DNA of 64,000 nucleotides. It comes from Oscillospiraceae bacterium. Its GTDB lineage: Bacteria; Bacillota; Clostridia; Oscillospirales; Oscillospiraceae. The position numbers and the translations under genes were made by a program. Each line of letters starts with the position of its first letter. Position 1 is the stretch's first letter. The notes under the pieces are model-generated. The model made no database searches and was not told the DNA's origin. It saw nothing but the letters and a program-made list of their open reading frames with translations. This document shows positions 55,468 through 64,000 of this stretch, piece after piece. The stretch is taken from the NCBI GenBank assembly GCA_015067885.1, contig SVLO01000002.1, positions 36,606 through 100,605 on the forward strand, in the 5' to 3' direction.

Positions 55468-58400
55468 TTAGTGCAGGCTGTTGTAAGCAGAGGTACCGAA
55501 CTGCATCAGACGCATAGCCAGGACAGAGTCCGCGCTGGTGGCGTCCTTGCTGATGGTGTTGTAGGCGTAGGTGGCGATGGAGTACACGCAGTAGGTGCCC
55601 TCAATGACGTTGTCATTGGCATCGTACACCTGGACGGTCACCTGGGTGAACACGTCGGCGGTAGCCAGCGTATCAACAACGACCAGGTGGGTCGCCAGAC
55701 CGCTCAGGGTATTCTCCTTGAACTCGATCCGGTTCTCAACAGAGTTGCCGTTGTGATCGGTGTAGGTGGCCACAGCATAGGAAGCGGTGGGTACGTCAAC
55801 CTTGACGTAGTTCAGGTTCATCTCAACCACGCTCTCCAGCGTCAGGTTCTTACCACAGCGCAGGCCGGAGGTGTTCACGAAGCCGTTCTGGGTCAGAGTG
55901 TCGTCCAGCACCAGCTCGGGAGTGGCCAGAGCCTGCTGGGCCTCGGTCAGATTGGCGTTGGCCAGATCGCTGACACCGTAGTTGAACTTGTTCTGGGCCG
56001 CAGCACCGTAGTTCAGCATGTCAACCAGCATGGTCTTCTCTTCCGCGCCGATGTTCTTGGTAAAGCGGTTGGTGGCATAGTCACGGATGGAGTAGCGATC
56101 CAGGCGGGACACCTGCTCACCGGCGTCGTTGTAGATGGCAACCCACACGCTGTCGCTCATCTGCTTGGCAGCCAGGCCGGAGAAGGTAATGACGTAGTAG
56201 GGCGCATTCTGAACGTTCTGCGTCTTGCACTCGGCCAGCTCGACGATGGTCACAACGGGATCAACGCCGGCAGCGGCATTGCTGCGGATGATCTTGGCGT
56301 AAGAGCCTTCCATGGCATCGATCTCAGTCTTGGGCACCAGGAAGTTGATGGACAGACTGCTGTTCAGAGCCAGGTTACGACCCACGCGGAGAGCGACGGT
56401 GTAGTCGTCAGCCTCGGTCAGCACGCCGCCGTCCACGTAGACGGTCTTCAGCACGCCGCGGACAGCGGAGGTGCTGGTGGCGATGGTGGTGGGCTGGCCA
56501 CCGGTGGTCTTGCCGTTGTAGGCGGTAGCAACCGCGTACTCAGCGATCAGGGAAGCCTCGGTGTCGTTCCAGCCGTAATCGGTGGTGTTGGTGACGTCCA
56601 CGTTCCAAACCTTGCTGTAGATGTCCATCTCGGCCTCGTCAGCCCAGGTGGCGTACACGGTCATGTAGTCGCTATCGTTCAGGAAGATCAGGTCGGGGCT
56701 GGCGGAAGCGCCGTTGGCAACGCCGGTGGCGGTCCAGGTCAGACCCAGATCGGTGGACACGTACAGAACGCCGGTAGAGGTCAGAGCGAAGGTGTTGGCG
56801 CCAACCTCAACGAAGGCGGCATCGGCAATGGCGTCCTCCAGCTCGACGGAGCTGACAACAGCGCCGGCGGTGGAGATCTTCACAGCCTTGGTGGTGGTGT
56901 CGGCAACAGACAGGATCAGGTTGCCGTCGGACAGAGCGGTCAGACCGTAAGCCATGGGGGCGTCAGCGATCTTGACAGCCTCGGTCCAGGTAACACCGTC
57001 GGTGGAGGAGGTCAGGTAGACACCGCCGTTGTAGATGGTGTTCTGCTCGTCGCTGTACAGCTTGACGTCGAAGGTCATGTACAGGGTGGTACCAACCAGA
57101 GCCAGCTGAGGAGCCTGAGGATCGGCCTGGATGTAGTAGGTGCCGTTCAGGTTCGCATAGCGGTCAGTCAGCACGATACCGGCGTTCTCTTCCAGCCACA
57201 GCTCGTCGATCTCGGAAACGGCCTGGCCGTCCTTGTAGATGACGATCTTACCGGCACCGGTAGAGGCGTACTTCTCGTTGGTGGCAACCTGGCCAACCTC
57301 GGTGACGTTCTCGTACACGGCGACGTAAGAGCCGGCGGCGTCGGGGTTGAACTGCTTGTTGGCAGTGCCGTTGCCGTAAGCGGGCACGGTGTCGGTGTAA
57401 CCGCAAGCGGTCTCGACAGCAGCCAGCAGGGTGGCAACGTTGGCCTCGGTAGCCTCGAACTCGTCGTTCAGGTGCACGTTGGTGTCGCTGTCAGCGTCGA
57501 ACATGGCGGCCATGTCGGCAGCAGTCAGCGCGGTCAGATCGGTCTCGGGGAACAGGGTCTTGTAAACGGTCAGACCGGCAATCATGCGACCGGCGCTGCG
57601 GCTCAGGTGGAAGCCGTCGCGGGTCAGATAGCTGTCAGTGTAGTTCTGACGCATGGTCTGGATGGCGATGCCGATGGGGAACCAACCGTCGAAGGCAAAG
57701 CGGGCGTCGTCGCCGGCGATGAACTCGTCGGTGTTGCGCAGGATGGCATCGTACATGGCCTCCTGGCTGCCGCCGAACTGGGTCAGGTAGCTGCTGGAAG
57801 CGACCCACTGGCCGCCCTGCTCGACGGACTCGGGAGCGTCGGGGTTGACCTGAGTGCTCCAGGAGCGGTTGTCAACGGCCCAGGTCTGGCTCCACAGGAT
57901 CTCGGCGTCGGGCTGGACATCAGCGATGTAGTCCATCAGGAAGTCGATATCGCTGTTATAGGTGCCCTCGAAGCCGACGTACTCAACGCCGGGCTGCAGG
58001 ACCACGTAATCCCAGCTCTTGCTCTCCATGACGGTGGGGATGTCCACGTAGCCGTCGAAGCCGGTGCAGGTGTACAGACCGTCGTCAACGCGGTCACGGC
58101 TGTCGCCGATGACACCGTCGCCGTTCAGGTCGGTGTTGCGCAGGGACTCGGCCAGGGACTGGGCGTGCCAGCGGATGTTCTGGCTGCCCACGTACAGATA
58201 AGCAGCGTCCAGCTCGTTGCCGAAGTAGCCGCCGATCTTGGCCAGGTAGGTGGTGGTGTCGCCGGCAAAGCTGTTGCCCACGAACAGGATGCTCTTGACG
58301 TCGCCGGCAAAGCGATACAGACGATAGGTGTAGTTAACGGTGGTGTCGTCCTCGGCAATGGTCAGGGGGGCATTGGTATCGGTAGCGATACGGGCGCCGG

Positions 58401-61400
58401 TGGTCAGGTTGCCGATGGTGGTGGTGCTGTTGGTGGCGTTCAGCAGCGAGATCACGGGAGCGCCGCTGATGGTGGCGACCACGTTGGCAGAGCTCTTGCT
58501 CAGGCACAACTGCTTGTAGGTACCGCCGGTGATGGTGGCGTTACCGCCGCGGATCTCGGCATTGTACACGGGGTTGGCCTGAGGCACCAGGGTCAGAGCG
58601 CCCTCGGCATCCTGGATGTAAGCAGCGCCGATGTTGGCGGTGCCGCCCAGGGTGACCATAGCGGGATCGAACATATACATGTTGGCGCCGCGATAGCCGC
58701 TGCCGGTGCAGACGTTGTCCTTGATGGTACCGCCGGTCATGGTGAAGGTGACACCGGAACCGGTCACGTCGCCGGAGGAAACGCCGGCGCCACGACGGGC
58801 GTAGTTACCGGAGATCTCACCGCCGGTCATGGTCATAACAGCGTTCGTGCCCAGGTAGACCGCGCTGTAGCTCACGTCGCCGGTGGTGGCGTGGCCGGTC
58901 AGGGTACCGCCCTGCAGCTCGAACTCGCCGTTGACCAGGATCATAGCGGCAGTAGCCTCGGTCAGACCCACGATCTTACCGCCGCCCTCGCTGTCGGTAA
59001 CGATCAGCTTGACGTCGGCGCCGACGGTGATGTAAGGAGCAGCGTTACCGGTCAGAGTATAACCGGCCAGGTCCAGAGTGTAGGTACCGGCAGCGGTCAG
59101 GCTCACACCTGCGCCGGCGCTGGTATCCTCGGTCAGGGTAACGGTACCGCCGGCCACGAAGCTGTCAGCGAAGCCCAGATCGGCCGCGCAGACGTAGTCG
59201 CGGTCGTTGGTGGTGGAAACGGTCTCGTCGCCCTCGGGAACGGTGACCAGGCCAGTGGCAGCGGTGCGGATCTTGGCGCCGCTGGTCAGGGCGGTGATGG
59301 TCATGGTAGCGTTGATCTCGCCGATGACGGGATTGCCGCTGACGGTGGTGGTGTAGTTGGTGGCCTGGATGCCGTAGATGTTACCACCGGTGATGGTCAG
59401 GGTGGAGCCCAGGTCGGTGGCGGAGTTGCCGCGCAGCCAGACGTTGCCGGAACCCTTGCCGCCGTCGGCCTCGCCCTTCAGAGCGGTGCCGATGGTGCCG
59501 CCGGAGATGGTAATGTTGGCGGTGTAGGCGTAAATGTTGCCGCCGTAACCGGAACCGGAGCAGATGTTGCCCTCGAAGTTGGCAGTACCGCCGATGTTCA
59601 GAACGGGACGGCCGGTGGTCACCACGTTCTCGCCGGTGCCGATGGCGCCGCCGCGCTGGGAGCTGTTGCCGGTGAAGGTACCGCCGGTGATGTTGGTGGT
59701 GGAATCCTTCAGGATCAGCAGAGCGCCGCCGTAACGGGTGGCGGTGTTGCCGGTGATGGTACCGCCGCTGATGGTGACGGAGCCCTTGTTGACAATGGCA
59801 CCACCGTCGTTGGTAGCAGTGTTGTTGCTGATGGTACCGCCGCTGATGGTGACGGTGGCCGCGCCGTTCATGCCGATGGCGCCGCCGTCAACACCGGTGT
59901 TGCCGGTGATGGTACCGTCGGTCATGTTGAAGGTGGTGCCGGCAGCCATATAAATGGGGCCGTAGGAACCGGTAGCGGCGTTGCCGGAGATCTCGCCGCC
60001 GCTCATGTTGACGACAGCACCGGCGCCGTTGATACGGATGGCAGCGCCGTAGCCGGCGTTGGCACCGGTCAGCTTACCGCCCTCCATGTTGAAGGTGGTG
60101 TCGGCAGCCAGGAAGATCATACCGCCGGCCGCGCCAGCGCGGTTCCAGCCGGTGATCTCGCCGCCCTGCAGGGTGAAGGTGCCGCCCTGGATGGAAACGG
60201 CAGGAGTGCCAGCGGACTCGCCGCTGACGATCTTACCGCCGCCAACGCTGTCCAGGATGGTCAGGCTGCCGGTGCCGTACACGGCGAAGGCGCCGCCGCC
60301 CTCGGCAGCGTTCAGGGTCTGACCGGCCAGGTCGATGACCACGTTAACGTCCTCGACGTTCAGCACGCCGGTCAGGGTATGGGTAGCCTCCAGCACGTAC
60401 TCGCCGGCGGCGACGGAGCCGCTGGTGGGCAGAGTACCGTCCGCCACGACCTCGGTGAAGGTAGCGGTGACCTGGACGGAAGCGGCAGGCATGGTGAAGG
60501 TGGTACCCTGGATAGCCTCGCCGTTGACCAGGATAGCGGTCAGCTCGTAGCCCTCGTCAGCCTCGGCGGTGACGGTGATGGTCTCGCCCTCGGCAGCGTT
60601 GTTCTTGTCAACGCTGACAGAACCGCCGGCAGGCTCGATCACGACCACGTCGTAGGTCGCGATAGCCTCCTCCTCGAAGGTAGCAGTGACCTCGTGGTTG
60701 CCGGTGATGGTGAAGGTGGCACCGGCAATGGCCTTGCCATCCACGTAGAAGGTGCCGATCACGTAACCCTCGGCAGGCTCGGCGTTGATGGTAACGGAAG
60801 TGCCGTACACACCCTCGGCGGGATCCACGGAAATGGCGCCGTTCTCCACCTCACCCACGGTGACGGTGTAAACGGTAGCGGGATCGCGCCAGGCGTAGGT
60901 GTAGACGCCGTCAGCGTCGGGGCCGGACATAACGACGGTTTCGTCCATCCGGCTGGCGCCCAGCTCCAGCTTGGTGGTGATAGCAGCACCCTCGGTCAGG
61001 TCATTGATGGTGACGGGGGTGTAAGTGCTGCTGTTCAGAGTGATGTCCTCAACCGTAGCAGAGCCGGAGATGTTGATGGAGCCGTAGGGGTAGCCCTCGA
61101 CACCCTCGACCTCGGCGCTGGCCCGGTCATACAGAGCGCCCACGGTGGCGGTGCCGCCAACGGTGATGTGGGTGAACTGGCCGTAGATCTCTTCCTTGAC
61201 GAAGGCAGCGCCGGCGCAGGTGTTGCCGCTGACGTTGGCGTTGCCGGCGATGGTCAGGTAAGAGGGATTGGCATCGGTACCAACGATGGTCATGATAGCG
61301 CCGCCGCTGGTGTTGTTGCCGGTGATGGAGCCGCCGGTGATGGTGACGTTGATGCCACCGCCGCCGCTGTGGCAGCGGATCACGCAGTTGCTGGCGCACT

Positions 61401-64000
61401 CAGCGCCGGTGATGGTACCACCGGTCATGGTGAAGGTGGAGTCGGGGTACATATTCAGCATACCGCCGGCGCCGTAAGTGCCGCCGTTCACGCGGGTCCA
61501 GCCGTTCAGCTCGCCGCCCTCCAGCACGAGGGTGCCGGTGATGCTGATGCCGCCGTGACCGGCAGCAGTGTTCTTGAACTGGACCTTACCGCCGCCAACG
61601 CTGTCCTTGATGGTCAGCTTGCCTTCGGCCGTGATGTTGAAGTAGGCACCGTCCACGTCGGGCATAGAGATGGTCCTGCCCGCCAGGTCGATGGTAACGT
61701 CGGACTTGATGGTCAGGGTGTTGGTCAGCACGTGGTCAGCGGCCAGGGTGTACTCGCCGGCATCCACGGTGCCGCTGGTGGGCAGGGACACGTCAACCGC
61801 CTTGAAGGTAGCGGTGACCACGTTGTCGCCGGCCACGATCAGGAAGTTGGTGCCGTCGATGGCCTCGCCGTTGACCAAAATGGCCTCCAGCTCATAACCC
61901 TCGGCGGGAGTGGCGGTAACGGTGACCTCGGTGCCGGCCACGCCCTCGGCGGGCTCGACGGTCACGGTGCCGTTATCCACGGTGCCGATCTCGACGGGAT
62001 ACACGATGGTGGCGGGGTCGAGCCAGGTGTAGACGTACTTGCTGTCGGCGTCGGGGCCGGACACCTCCACGGTGTCGTCGATCTGGCTGCCGCTCAGCTT
62101 GGCCAGCATCTTGATCTCGGCGCCGTCGGTCAGCTCGGTGACGGTGACAGGGGTACGGGCGCCGGCGGACCAGCGCACGCCGGACACCACGGGGGCGCCG
62201 GTGATGGCGATGGAGCTGTAGGGGTAGCCGTCAACGCCCTCGGTCTCCACGTCGCCGTCGTTGTAGAGGTAGCCGACGGTAGCGGTGCCGCTGATGGTGA
62301 TGTCGGCATTCTTGAACTGCAGCTCGTGGTTGGAGGAGGTGTAAGCCGCCTCGTTGATGGTGTTACCGCTGATGTTGGCGGTGCCGCCGATGGTGACGGT
62401 GGCGGGGTTGGCACCGGTAGCGGTGGTCAGGCCGATGATGTTGCTGCCGGTGTCGTTGCCGGTGATGGTGCCGCCGGTGATGGTCAGGGTCTGGCCGCCG
62501 CCGGCAGAACGGATGACGGAAGCGCCGGTAGCGTCACAATCGGTGATCAGACCGCCGGTCATGATGAAGGTGGAGCCTTCGTACATGTAGATACAGCCGC
62601 CCGCGCCGGCACGCTGCCAGCCGTTCAGCTCGCCGCCCTCCAGCACGAAGACAGCCTCGGTGCTGGCGTTGCCGATGCCGATGGCGGGGGAACCGCCGGT
62701 GGTGGTCTTGAACTGGACCACGCCGCCGCCCACGCTGTCCTTGATGGTCAGCTTACCGTTGACGGTGATGTACTGAGCATCCCTGTCGGGCATGGAGATG
62801 GTGTTACCAGCCAGGTCGATAACGACCTCGGTACCGGCAGCGATGGTCAGGGTGTTGGTCAGAACCAGATCGCTCTCCAGAGTGTACTCACCGGCAGCAA
62901 CGGTGCCGCTGGTGGGAACAGTGGGCTTCTGGTAGGTGCAGAGTCTGCCTTCGGTAGCAACGGTGCCGTCCTTCTGCAGGACACCGGCGGTGCCCCAAGC
63001 AGCAAAGTACACGCTGGCACCCTCGGTCAGATCGCCAATGGAGGCGACCTTGGTGTCGGCAGAAATGCTCAGGCTTTCAATCACAGGATTGCCGGTGATG
63101 GCGAAAGTAGGGCCATCGGTACCGGCACCGACGTTTGCAGAGGTGAAGGTGCCAATCTCGCCGCCGCTGACGGTGACGCTGCCGCCACGCCAGTAGATTC
63201 GGTCAATCTCACCGCCGCTGATGGTAACGTCGCCGGTGTGGCTGTAGATACCGTCATAGGCGCCGGTGCCGCTCTCGGCGATGGTGCCGCCGGTGATGGT
63301 CAGCTTGTTGGCAGTGCCCTCGCCCATACAGACGTTGCTGCCACGGCTGGCGGTGTTCGCCTTGATGATACCGCCGTTGATGTTGACAACGTTGTCCTTG
63401 GTATCGGCGTGCACGCCGCCGCCGTAGTTGCTGGCGGTGTTACCATAGATGGCGCCGCCGTTAATGTTGGCAGTAGCAGTGTTGGTAATGAACACGCCGC
63501 CGCCACGGTAAGCGGAGTTGTTGCTGATTTCGCCGCCGTTGATGTTGACAATGGAGGCGCCCAGCGCAGCCACTGCGCCGCCGCGATTCTTGCTACCGGT
63601 ATGCTTGTAGCCGGTCAGCTTGCCGTCCTCCAGAGTGAAGGTGCCGCCGCTGACAAAAATCATACCGTAGTTGTCGTCGCTGGCATTCTCGGTACCCACG
63701 ATAGCGCCGGCCACGTAGTCGGTGCCGGGGGTGCCGGTGGCGGTGGAGTCGGTGATAGTCAACTTACCACCGACGTCGAAGAAGGGGTAGGCCGTACCGG
63801 TAATGTCGTTACCGGCCAAGTCAATGACGACCTCGGTGTTCTTCGCAATGGTCACTTTCCCGGTCAGAGCCAGGTCGCCGGACAGGACATACTCGCCGGC
63901 AGCCAGAGTACCCTCTGTCTGGGTCAGTTCGACCGCTTCTGCTGCGAAGACAGGCAGAGCGGTGGCCGGGATGAAGCTGATGAGCATTGCCATGCAGCAC
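55468..64000 (-). CDS. Giant secreted modular protein (>2840 aa, 5'-partial): 5 beta-helix modules, 3 Ig-like repeats, SGNH/DUF4886-like domain, Asp-box region, duplicated C-terminal domain
   Basis: Frame stays open to the window edge and ends a signal peptide (LPVFA-AE); ILFVGNSF...WDYVVLQ...DGFHL; STDGVTW and STDLGLTW; MLNYGAAAQ. Confidence 0.9.
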   Translation of the reverse strand, partial: CCMAMLISFIPATALPVFAAEAVELTQTEGTLAAGEYVLSGDLALTGKVTIAKNTEVVIDLAGNDITGTAYPFFDVGGKLTITDSTATGTPGTDYVAGAIVGTENASDDNYGMIFVSGGTFTLEDGKLTGYKHTGSKNRGGAVAALGASIVNINGGEISNNSAYRGGGVFITNTATANINGGAIYGNTASNYGGGVHADTKDNVVNINGGIIKANTASRGSNVCMGEGTANKLTITGGTIAESGTGAYDGIYSHTGDVTISGGEIDRIYWRGGSVTVSGGEIGTFTSANVGAGTDGPTFAITGNPVIESLSISADTKVASIGDLTEGASVYFAAWGTAGVLQKDGTVATEGRLCTYQKPTVPTSGTVAAGEYTLESDLVLTNTLTIAAGTEVVIDLAGNTISMPDRDAQYITVNGKLTIKDSVGGGVVQFKTTTGGSPAIGIGNASTEAVFVLEGGELNGWQRAGAGGCIYMYEGSTFIMTGGLITDCDATGASVIRSAGGGQTLTITGGTITGNDTGSNIIGLTTATGANPATVTIGGTANISGNTINEAAYTSSNHELQFKNADITISGTATVGYLYNDGDVETEGVDGYPYSSIAITGAPVVSGVRWSAGARTPVTVTELTDGAEIKMLAKLSGSQIDDTVEVSGPDADSKYVYTWLDPATIVYPVEIGTVDNGTVTVEPAEGVAGTEVTVTATPAEGYELEAILVNGEAIDGTNFLIVAGDNVVTATFKAVDVSLPTSGTVDAGEYTLAADHVLTNTLTIKSDVTIDLAGRTISMPDVDGAYFNITAEGKLTIKDSVGGGKVQFKNTAAGHGGISITGTLVLEGGELNGWTRVNGGTYGAGGMLNMYPDSTFTMTGGTITGAECASNCVIRCHSGGGGINVTITGGSITGNNTSGGAIMTIVGTDANPSYLTIAGNANVSGNTCAGAAFVKEEIYGQFTHITVGGTATVGALYDRASAEVEGVEGYPYGSINISGSATVEDITLNSSTYTPVTINDLTEGAAITTKLELGASRMDETVVMSGPDADGVYTYAWRDPATVYTVTVGEVENGAISVDPAEGVYGTSVTINAEPAEGYVIGTFYVDGKAIAGATFTITGNHEVTATFEEEAIATYDVVVIEPAGGSVSVDKNNAAEGETITVTAEADEGYELTAILVNGEAIQGTTFTMPAASVQVTATFTEVVADGTLPTSGSVAAGEYVLEATHTLTGVLNVEDVNVVIDLAGQTLNAAEGGGAFAVYGTGSLTILDSVGGGKIVSGESAGTPAVSIQGGTFTLQGGEITGWNRAGAAGGMIFLAADTTFNMEGGKLTGANAGYGAAIRINGAGAVVNMSGGEISGNAATGSYGPIYMAAGTTFNMTDGTITGNTGVDGGAIGMNGAATVTISGGTISNNTATNDGGAIVNKGSVTISGGTITGNTATRYGGALLILKDSTTNITGGTFTGNSSQRGGAIGTGENVVTTGRPVLNIGGTANFEGNICSGSGYGGNIYAYTANITISGGTIGTALKGEADGGKGSGNVWLRGNSATDLGSTLTITGGNIYGIQATNYTTTVSGNPVIGEINATMTITALTSGAKIRTAATGLVTVPEGDETVSTTNDRDYVCAADLGFADSFVAGGTVTLTEDTSAGAGVSLTAAGTYTLDLAGYTLTGNAAPYITVGADVKLIVTDSEGGGKIVGLTEATAAMILVNGEFELQGGTLTGHATTGDVSYSAVYLGTNAVMTMTGGEISGNYARRGAGVSSGDVTGSGVTFTMTGGTIKDNVCTGSGYRGANMYMFDPAMVTLGGTANIGAAYIQDAEGALTLVPQANPVYNAEIRGGNATITGGTYKQLCLSKSSANVVATISGAPVISLLNATNSTTTIGNLTTGARIATDTNAPLTIAEDDTTVNYTYRLYRFAGDVKSILFVGNSFAGDTTTYLAKIGGYFGNELDAAYLYVGSQNIRWHAQSLAESLRNTDLNGDGVIGDSRDRVDDGLYTCTGFDGYVDIPTVMESKSWDYVVLQPGVEYVGFEGTYNSDIDFLMDYIADVQPDAEILWSQTWAVDNRSWSTQVNPDAPESVEQGGQWVASSSYLTQFGGSQEAMYDAILRNTDEFIAGDDARFAFDGWFPIGIAIQTMRQNYTDSYLTRDGFHLSRSAGRMIAGLTVYKTLFPETDLTALTAADMAAMFDADSDTNVHLNDEFEATEANVATLLAAVETACGYTDTVPAYGNGTANKQFNPDAAGSYVAVYENVTEVGQVATNEKYASTGAGKIVIYKDGQAVSEIDELWLEENAGIVLTDRYANLNGTYYIQADPQAPQLALVGTTLYMTFDVKLYSDEQNTIYNGGVYLTSSTDGVTWTEAVKIADAPMAYGLTALSDGNLILSVADTTTKAVKISTAGAVVSSVELEDAIADAAFVEVGANTFALTSTGVLYVSTDLGLTWTATGVANGASASPDLIFLNDSDYMTVYATWADEAEMDIYSKVWNVDVTNTTDYGWNDTEASLIAEYAVATAYNGKTTGGQPTTIATSTSAVRGVLKTVYVDGGVLTEADDYTVALRVGRNLALNSSLSINFLVPKTEIDAMEGSYAKIIRSNAAAGVDPVVTIVELAECKTQNVQNAPYYVITFSGLAAKQMSDSVWVAIYNDAGEQVSRLDRYSIRDYATNRFTKNIGAEEKTMLVDMLNYGAAAQNKFNYGVSDLANANLTEAQQALATPELVLDDTLTQNGFVNTSGLRCGKNLTLESVVEMNLNYVKVDVPTASYAVATYTDHNGNSVENRIEFKENTLSGLATHLVVVDTLATADVFTQVTVQVYDANDNVIEGTYCVYSIATYAYNTISKDATSADSVLAMRLMQFGTSAYNSLH

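Overview
GC-rich chromosomal window from a spore-forming clostridial bacterium (gene content and repeat types suggest Oscillospiraceae; inference). About 54 genes, mostly housekeeping: kdgK-eda with a divergent AraC regulator, a polar amino-acid ABC transporter, SASP, a bile-salt-hydrolase-family enzyme, two two-component systems, a complete aro/phe operon, a TPP-riboswitch ThiXYZ-type transporter, cinA-yjjG-thiI, azlCD, tyrA, yaaL-bofA, nifJ and comM. A cell-surface region (43-64 kb) holds an OmpA/MotB-domain lipoprotein, an LCP + CofE-like pair, a 2091-aa S-layer protein and a >2840-aa giant secreted protein. No rRNA, tRNA, CRISPR array, transposase or prophage was seen. Best candidates for novelty: (1) an unannotated 34-aa Phe/Tyr/Trp-rich leader peptide with protector, antiterminator and terminator helices upstream of the aro operon, i.e. 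a ribosome-stalling attenuator that could sense all three aromatic amino acids; (2) a shared 20-bp TrpR/YerC-type operator at the aro, tyrA and amino-acid ABC promoters; (3) beta-helix/Ig modules shared between the S-layer protein and the giant protein; (4) four mosaic REP/REPIN clusters, with one nested insertion and long repeats flanking single genes. All calls come from reading the sequence by eye; no database search was run.
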